Positions 58,532 through 64,000 of a stretch of DNA of 64,000 bases are shown piece by piece; within the stretch, counting starts at the first letter, position 1, and every line of letters starts with the position of its first letter. The notes under the pieces were generated by a model. It had not been told where the DNA came from. It did not search any database and worked only from the letters and a program-made list of their open reading frames with translations. The stretch covers positions 62,001 to 126,000 of the IMG/VR virus record IMGVR_UViG_3300045999_010033; one strand, given 5' to 3'. The position numbers and the translations under genes are program-made.

Positions 58532-61044
58532 GTATTATTTTTTGAATCAAAACATTCTTGCATTTCTTCTGACCACGCTAATGTATTTGCAGTTTTTGCT
58601 TGTGGTCCTTGTTTGGGTCTGAATACTTTTGGTGATATTTCTCTACGTTTACCTTCTTTATCAACTAAATAGATAGCAATCGTTTTACCTGTTATAAAAC
58701 CTTGTTCGTTTTTAATAAATTTATCAGTACTAAAATCAACAACGAAGTTTTTTTCTAAATCTTTAAGATTTGTTACACCTAAACATTCTCGTATTGTTTT
58801 TGGAGATACACGTATACCTTCCATTGTAAGATTTGTACTTCTCTTTAAAATTTGATGAAAATCTCCATCATCTTTTGGTAACTCTATTTTATCCAAATGT
58901 AAAGCAGATACTACATCTCTAAATCCTAATGCAGCGGCGGCGGTTGTTGTATCACCTGACATAGTTCTAGCAGGTATTTTACTTAATTTTTCAAAAATAC
59001 CTCTTTGGGCATCAAACGCTTGCTTTCTCATACTTTCTAAAGCGGCTTGAGTATCCAACGTTTTAGGCATTTTTTGTCCAGATGATTTTAATCTTTCTCT
59101 CTCCGATACCGCTACTCTATCTATAATTTTTCGTTCATTATCACTAACAACACTTGGCATTTTTATTTGAACATTGTTTAATATTCTAAATGAACTTAGA
59201 GATTTAATAGATGCTTTATTTTTTTTATCTACTAACCATTCATTATTAAACCATTTCATGTATTCATCTCTACCTTTTTTTCCGGCATCTATTGCTTTTA
59301 ATATTTGTTTTTTTGTGTTACCATCTAAATCCGGATTTTTTAATAAAGTTGCTACATCATCTTCTTCGTATTTGTCAAGTACATCTTCTATAAATTGATC
59401 AGCAGCTAACTCATCTTTTGATTTTTTTCTTTTTACACCACATATTTCTTCAGCTATGGTAACATTTTTTGCAGTTGATTTTCCTTGTCCTGCCGCAACT
59501 GCATCTACATTTTCTTTCCATTTTTTATAGTGTTTTTTGGTATCGGAATTATTAGCCGCAGTTTCCTCTAATTTTTTGAAATCGTTTTCCGGTAGACTTA
59601 AATGATATTTGGAATGATTACTTGATATCGTACTATATCCTTTCTCAATTAATTTAATTTCATTTGCTCCATCATCTATAATTTGTCTTGATTTTGTTGC
59701 ATCTGCATCTTTGATTTGCCCACCTTTTATCATTTCATCTACTCTTAACCCGGATTGTACCATATCATTATATAATGTTCCGTTTGCTTGTAAATCTGCT
59801 AACGTTTTTTTATCACTCCATCCATCATATAATAAATTACCATTTATATCTTTTGTAAGAACGACGGTATCTGCGGCGTTTTCTCCACCACCTGAACTTT
59901 TTATCCAAGTTGTTAAATAATCTTTAGGTACTTTGTATACCTTACCAGTTTCATCATCGTAAATATAACAATTGTTTGCGCTATTTACTTCTGATATCAT
60001 ATTATCTCTATCGGTTTCAACTTCTTTCGGTGTACTTTCTTTTTTAGAAGTTCCACCATATCCGGTCACACTACTAACTTCTCCAAATCCAACTTGTTGT
60101 TTACAAGCAGCCGCACCTGTAGCTGCCCTATCGTATTTTGCTTTTCCACTTCTGGCAGCGATAACACAATTTTTATATAAGATTTGATCTTCTTTTGAAA
60201 AATCTGGTGGTACTTGTATTTTATTTTTAGATTTTATTACAGGATTAGCTTGTTGACTTGCCAATACGGTTCCTTTTGTTTTATTAAAAATGACTCTTGC
60301 CAAAGTTTCTTCATCTAAATTTGGATTAACTTTAAGAATAGAAGTTGCTTCATTAGACATATTTTCGTTAAAATTAGAACCAGCATTGCCGGGCGCTACC
60401 CACCATTCACCTTCAGTATATCCATTTTGTAATGCAGCATCTGATGTTGTTGAATTTTGCAAAAGACGACCTTTGTTATTTTTTCCATATAATTTTTCAG
60501 ATTCTACTCTTGCATCAGATTCTACTTTTGTCCAATTTATTTCTTTTTTTGATTTTTGATTTTTTTCTTTCTTTTTTTCCGGTTCAGAAAATACCGACGC
60601 TCCTTTTCCGGTTTTTCCAAAGACATTCGTAGTCTTAGGTTTAGGTTTTTCTTCATCCTCCGGCTCGGCATCTACAATTTCAATATCTTTTGAGGAAAAA
60701 TTCTTTGACGTTAATCTAGCCATAGCCGGCTTATATGCAGGGTGTGTTTTTCCATATCCTAACGCAGTGGAAATTTGTATATCTTCACCTGTTTTTGGAT
60801 TTTTAATTTTTTGTTTCAATAAATTTTCAAGTTCTTTTTGCCTTTTTGCATCATATTCTTGCTTTTCTTGCAATTGTAAGAAGTACACTGCTACTTTTTC
60901 TGATATTTCTTTTGAATTACTTACTCCACTACGTTTGAGTAATTCTTGTAATTTATCAACTTGATCCTTTTTAGTTAAATCAACAATTCCATTTTTTGAA
61001 TGGTATTCCAATTCGGAAAGTATTTTATCAATATTTTTAACCAT
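58528..61044 (-). CDS. large hypothetical protein, possibly head-packaged
   Basis: 838 aa; KIKNPKTG motif; possible nuclease-like E...ADTV...SDKK pattern; downstream of late-like motif. Confidence 0.7.
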   Translation of the reverse strand: MVKNIDKILSELEYHSKNGIVDLTKKDQVDKLQELLKRSGVSNSKEISEKVAVYFLQLQEKQEYDAKRQKELENLLKQKIKNPKTGEDIQISTALGYGKTHPAYKPAMARLTSKNFSSKDIEIVDAEPEDEEKPKPKTTNVFGKTGKGASVFSEPEKKKEKNQKSKKEINWTKVESDARVESEKLYGKNNKGRLLQNSTTSDAALQNGYTEGEWWVAPGNAGSNFNENMSNEATSILKVNPNLDEETLARVIFNKTKGTVLASQQANPVIKSKNKIQVPPDFSKEDQILYKNCVIAARSGKAKYDRAATGAAACKQQVGFGEVSSVTGYGGTSKKESTPKEVETDRDNMISEVNSANNCYIYDDETGKVYKVPKDYLTTWIKSSGGGENAADTVVLTKDINGNLLYDGWSDKKTLADLQANGTLYNDMVQSGLRVDEMIKGGQIKDADATKSRQIIDDGANEIKLIEKGYSTISSNHSKYHLSLPENDFKKLEETAANNSDTKKHYKKWKENVDAVAAGQGKSTAKNVTIAEEICGVKRKKSKDELAADQFIEDVLDKYEEDDVATLLKNPDLDGNTKKQILKAIDAGKKGRDEYMKWFNNEWLVDKKNKASIKSLSSFRILNNVQIKMPSVVSDNERKIIDRVAVSERERLKSSGQKMPKTLDTQAALESMRKQAFDAQRGIFEKLSKIPARTMSGDTTTAAAALGFRDVVSALHLDKIELPKDDGDFHQILKRSTNLTMEGIRVSPKTIRECLGVTNLKDLEKNFVVDFSTDKFIKNEQGFITGKTIAIYLVDKEGKRREISPKVFRPKQGPQAKTANTLAWSEEMQECFDSKNNT

Positions 61045-61071
61045 TTTTTTATCTTTGAGTTTATAATATAG

Positions 61072-61082
61072 ATATAAATATA
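61072..61082 (-). promoter_or_regulatory. putative phage late-promoter motif
   Basis: TATATTTATAT. Confidence 0.5.
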
Positions 61083-61086
61083 ATTA

Positions 61087-62328
61087 TTATCCGATTAAAT
61101 CCATTTTATCATAATTAATACCCTCATATATTCTGACAGGGAATCCACCACGATTGAGAGTGCTTGAAATCGTATTAATCAATTTACGTTCATCGAAATG
61201 CAAATCTATTAGAACTGCATCATAAGTATATAATATCAGTTTAGATTTTTTTGTAGAAAGAATATCCATAACATCCTTCAACTTCTTATAGTTCACTTCG
61301 GTTTCCAACGCCTGAAGTAAATAATTGAATACTTTTTGTTGCGATGGTTCTTCTATACGTTTGAAACCGATTCGGCGTTTGAATATTGGTGTTTCAATAT
61401 ATCCTCGTATAACAAAGTCATTCCACATTTTTTCCATCCATTCATTTACTTTCCTAAAGAATGGTATTTCCAACGCTACCGCATCCATACCACCATATAG
61501 GTAACGAAATGTAATACGTTTTGCTTCTTCGTACTCCACATCATAAAGTTCAGCAAAGTATTGGTGTGCGGTTTTATCGGTAGGCAATTCGTAACCTATA
61601 AGTTTTGCAATAAGTCGTATGTGATATGATTCAAAATCCATACTGATTAGTGTACCTCCTTCCCATCTAGAAACGATTCCCGAACGTGTCCCATCCGATT
61701 TGTTCAACGCACCCCAATTAGTTCCTGCGTGTCGATTTGATGGACGACCAGTAATTGTGTATGGATTATACTTTGAATACACTATCCCATTTTCATGTTT
61801 AGTATTAAACTTAATAGGGTCAATATGGATACCGGACATTTCAATTGCACCGAGTGTATTTATGGCTTTTGAATATGGTAAATACCATTCTTGCATTCTA
61901 ACTGGCACCGGTAATGTAGATAATTTTTCCATCCATTTTGTGAGTGGAATACAATCATTTATGTGCGAGTACCCTCTATTTTGATTGTGATATAGAGATT
62001 CACTAAAATCGTTAAACCTGAAGGGAAGTCCCCATTCTTCAAAATATGCCCATTCGTAATCTATTCCACACGTTTGTAAGTAACGATTTCCATATACGAA
62101 TGTATCTAACTTTACCCAATCTGAAATTTCAATCGAAAGACACGTATTGGCATCTATATGATTTTGGTTAATAATATATTCGTTACATTCAGTTCTAACG
62201 TAGTAAAATGATATAGTTGTATTAAGTTCATGTTCAGTAGATGAAGACCATACTGGTACTATTAACTTTATTTTTTCTTTACTATCTGCTAACTGCTGCA
62301 GCTGTGTATTTGATTCAATTAAAAACAT
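61087..62328 (-). CDS. divergent, compact family A DNA polymerase
   Basis: TITGRPS, MDFESYHIR (A), AKRITFRYLYG (B), FNYLLQ, LYTYDAVL (C); start moved to ATG 62328. Confidence 0.85.
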   Translation of the reverse strand: MFLIESNTQLQQLADSKEKIKLIVPVWSSSTEHELNTTISFYYVRTECNEYIINQNHIDANTCLSIEISDWVKLDTFVYGNRYLQTCGIDYEWAYFEEWGLPFRFNDFSESLYHNQNRGYSHINDCIPLTKWMEKLSTLPVPVRMQEWYLPYSKAINTLGAIEMSGIHIDPIKFNTKHENGIVYSKYNPYTITGRPSNRHAGTNWGALNKSDGTRSGIVSRWEGGTLISMDFESYHIRLIAKLIGYELPTDKTAHQYFAELYDVEYEEAKRITFRYLYGGMDAVALEIPFFRKVNEWMEKMWNDFVIRGYIETPIFKRRIGFKRIEEPSQQKVFNYLLQALETEVNYKKLKDVMDILSTKKSKLILYTYDAVLIDLHFDERKLINTISSTLNRGGFPVRIYEGINYDKMDLIG

Positions 62329-62331
62329 AAC

Positions 62332-62363
62332 CAATTCTACAAAAAATTTTCGAATTTTCCAAA
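62332..62363 (-). promoter_or_regulatory. Bacteroidota sigma-type promoter, probably leaderless transcript
   Basis: TTTG-N20-TAGAATTG-GTT-ATG. Confidence 0.6.
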
Positions 62364-62738
62364 TTACCCTTTGTGAAACTGTAAAAGGTTTGGCAAATAT
62401 AAGGAAATATTTTTTAATTGAGAACTCGCTATCGATATTGATGATTTGTTTGATGCAATCACACCTCTATCCGATAATTCCCCATCTTTGTATATGGATT
62501 CAGTTGGTCCGGATATTCTCCATTGTATTTGCAATACTTTCCAAAATGGATTTGTTTCATAAATTGTAAATTCATTTTCTGAAACTTCGAATATAAATGA
62601 GTTTTCATCGTTTGCTTTTTGAATGAAAAAACGATTTATAAACCCAATAGAGTAATCATCATCGGTTGGATTTGGTACAATGGTTTTTGGTACTTTTAAA
62701 GTAAAATTTTCAATATTTTTTGCTATATTTTTGTACAT
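62364..62738 (-). CDS. phage hypothetical protein
   Basis: PTDDDY..G...RFF, W.ISGP segments. Confidence 0.7.
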   Translation of the reverse strand: MYKNIAKNIENFTLKVPKTIVPNPTDDDYSIGFINRFFIQKANDENSFIFEVSENEFTIYETNPFWKVLQIQWRISGPTESIYKDGELSDRGVIASNKSSISIASSQLKNISLYLPNLLQFHKG

Positions 62739-62739
62739 A

Positions 62740-63999
62740 TTAATTTGTAATTAACCATTGTGCAGTTAGTTCTGTCGACCATCCATCCGATGATATATTG
62801 TGCTTTATATTCGTTATTTGAAATACCCCATCTCTATTATATGTTTCGGGGACACCATCTATTTTAAAATACTCACCCGCCGTAAATCCACTAATTCCAT
62901 CAATCGTAACCGTTACTTCTATCGGTGTTAAAAAACTTTTAGTACCGGTAATTTCGGTTTTTTGACTAATTAATCCTTCAATTTTAGATTTGTATAAATA
63001 AATTAATGATGCTAAATTTTTATCGGAAGGTTTTAATTTAAAATTAATTTGTTTTGATTTTATCAATTTTACAAATGGTGTTTGTTCTTCTTCTGATGAT
63101 TCTGTATTTTTGTTTTTGTTCGCTTCATTTCTCGCAATGCCTTCATTATAATCGCGAATTAGTTTTTCTTTATTTGCTTTTAATTTTTCAACATCTATAT
63201 GGTTTATAGAATACCATCCATCCGCAGTTGTGTATTGAGAAAAATCAACAGACAAGTATGTATTTTTTTCTAATTGATTAAACCACTCATTTGCTGTGGG
63301 TTGTTGTGGTTGATTGTTTGCGGTTGCTTTTGATGATTTACTATTTTTAGAATTAGTGGAAATAATGGCGTTTTTTATTAAAACATAATTATTAAATACG
63401 GATTGTCCCGCAACCAAATCATCAAGTTCTTGAGTAAACTTAAACTCCTTTACAATCGAAGCAACGCTAAATGGTTTGAATCTATAATCTTTTGCATTAC
63501 AATTTTCTTGTAATCTTTTTTCTTCTTTACTTCTAATTTTAAAATCTAATAATCCAATTGGCTTTCCTTCTTTTGAAGATGCATTATGCAATTCAAACAA
63601 ACCCAATGAATTATCGTTCAATAATGATTTAATTTGATTTATAAAATCCAATCTTGAAAATGTTCTATTCCAAATTTTTACAACTTCTTCATATAGAATA
63701 AATATATTTAATGCATTCCCTAATTTATAACCTTTATCTGTATCTTTTAATATAATTTCTACTTTTTCATTTTTCTCATTATATCTGTATACTTGTTTTG
63801 AATCATAAAAACTATATCCATTTATTGGATAATTTTCTATTTTTTTAAATATAATTTCATTCTTATCTTTATCAGAAACATCAAATGTAGGAACACTTCC
63901 GGGAAATATAACGGATTTGCTAGTAGAAATTAAATATTCGTGAGAACGTACCGGTATATATTCGATATCTTTACCATCAACATTGTATTTATCAACATT
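62740..63999 (-). CDS. C-terminal part of a probable baseplate hub/tail protein (truncated by window edge)
   Basis: Frame is open to the window end; TIDGISG...FQITNIKH.I...GWSTEL is a hub-like C-terminal barrel pattern. Confidence 0.6.
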   Translation of the reverse strand, partial: NVDKYNVDGKDIEYIPVRSHEYLISTSKSVIFPGSVPTFDVSDKDKNEIIFKKIENYPINGYSFYDSKQVYRYNEKNEKVEIILKDTDKGYKLGNALNIFILYEEVVKIWNRTFSRLDFINQIKSLLNDNSLGLFELHNASSKEGKPIGLLDFKIRSKEEKRLQENCNAKDYRFKPFSVASIVKEFKFTQELDDLVAGQSVFNNYVLIKNAIISTNSKNSKSSKATANNQPQQPTANEWFNQLEKNTYLSVDFSQYTTADGWYSINHIDVEKLKANKEKLIRDYNEGIARNEANKNKNTESSEEEQTPFVKLIKSKQINFKLKPSDKNLASLIYLYKSKIEGLISQKTEITGTKSFLTPIEVTVTIDGISGFTAGEYFKIDGVPETYNRDGVFQITNIKHNISSDGWSTELTAQWLITN

Positions 64000-64000
64000 A

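Noticed and set aside
62740-63651. ORF-track start at 63651
   Set aside because: The frame stays open to the window edge, so the true start is outside the window

Overview
A 64 kb piece of a large T4-superfamily-like tailed phage genome. It is AT-rich, uses the standard genetic code, and every credible gene is on the minus strand. The host is very probably a Bacteroidota species. Evidence: ten TTTG-N19/20-TAnnTT(T)G-type promoters, A-rich leaders with no Shine-Dalgarno sequence, a DUF4494-like gene, and Bacteroidota-type TonB-dependent receptors and lipoprotein. In transcription order (right to left) it holds: (1) the end of a tail/baseplate-like gene and a divergent family A polymerase; (2) ssDNA-binding protein, UvsX, 5'-3' exonuclease and helicase; (3) class II ribonucleotide reductase, PhoH and thioredoxin; (4) a candidate new DNA-modification locus (SPPY methyltransferase-like genes, a thymidylate-synthase-fold enzyme with a cytosine-type specificity residue and an apparently lost folate site, an AsnB-like amidotransferase, a PLP enzyme, and a degenerate GHKL + NucS-like nuclease) next to PolB; (5) clamp, clamp loader, dUTPase and a Cas4-like nuclease; (6) a ~17 kb glycosyltransferase/nucleotide-sugar island; (7) two TonB-dependent receptors with a lipoprotein; (8) small genes, ThyA and ClpP. 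The two most novel-looking signals are the 40.5-48 kb modification + nuclease locus and a 148-aa protein apparently built from the two variable insertion loops of the neighbouring ThyA (a possible decoy). All family calls come from motifs read by eye; no database searches were run.
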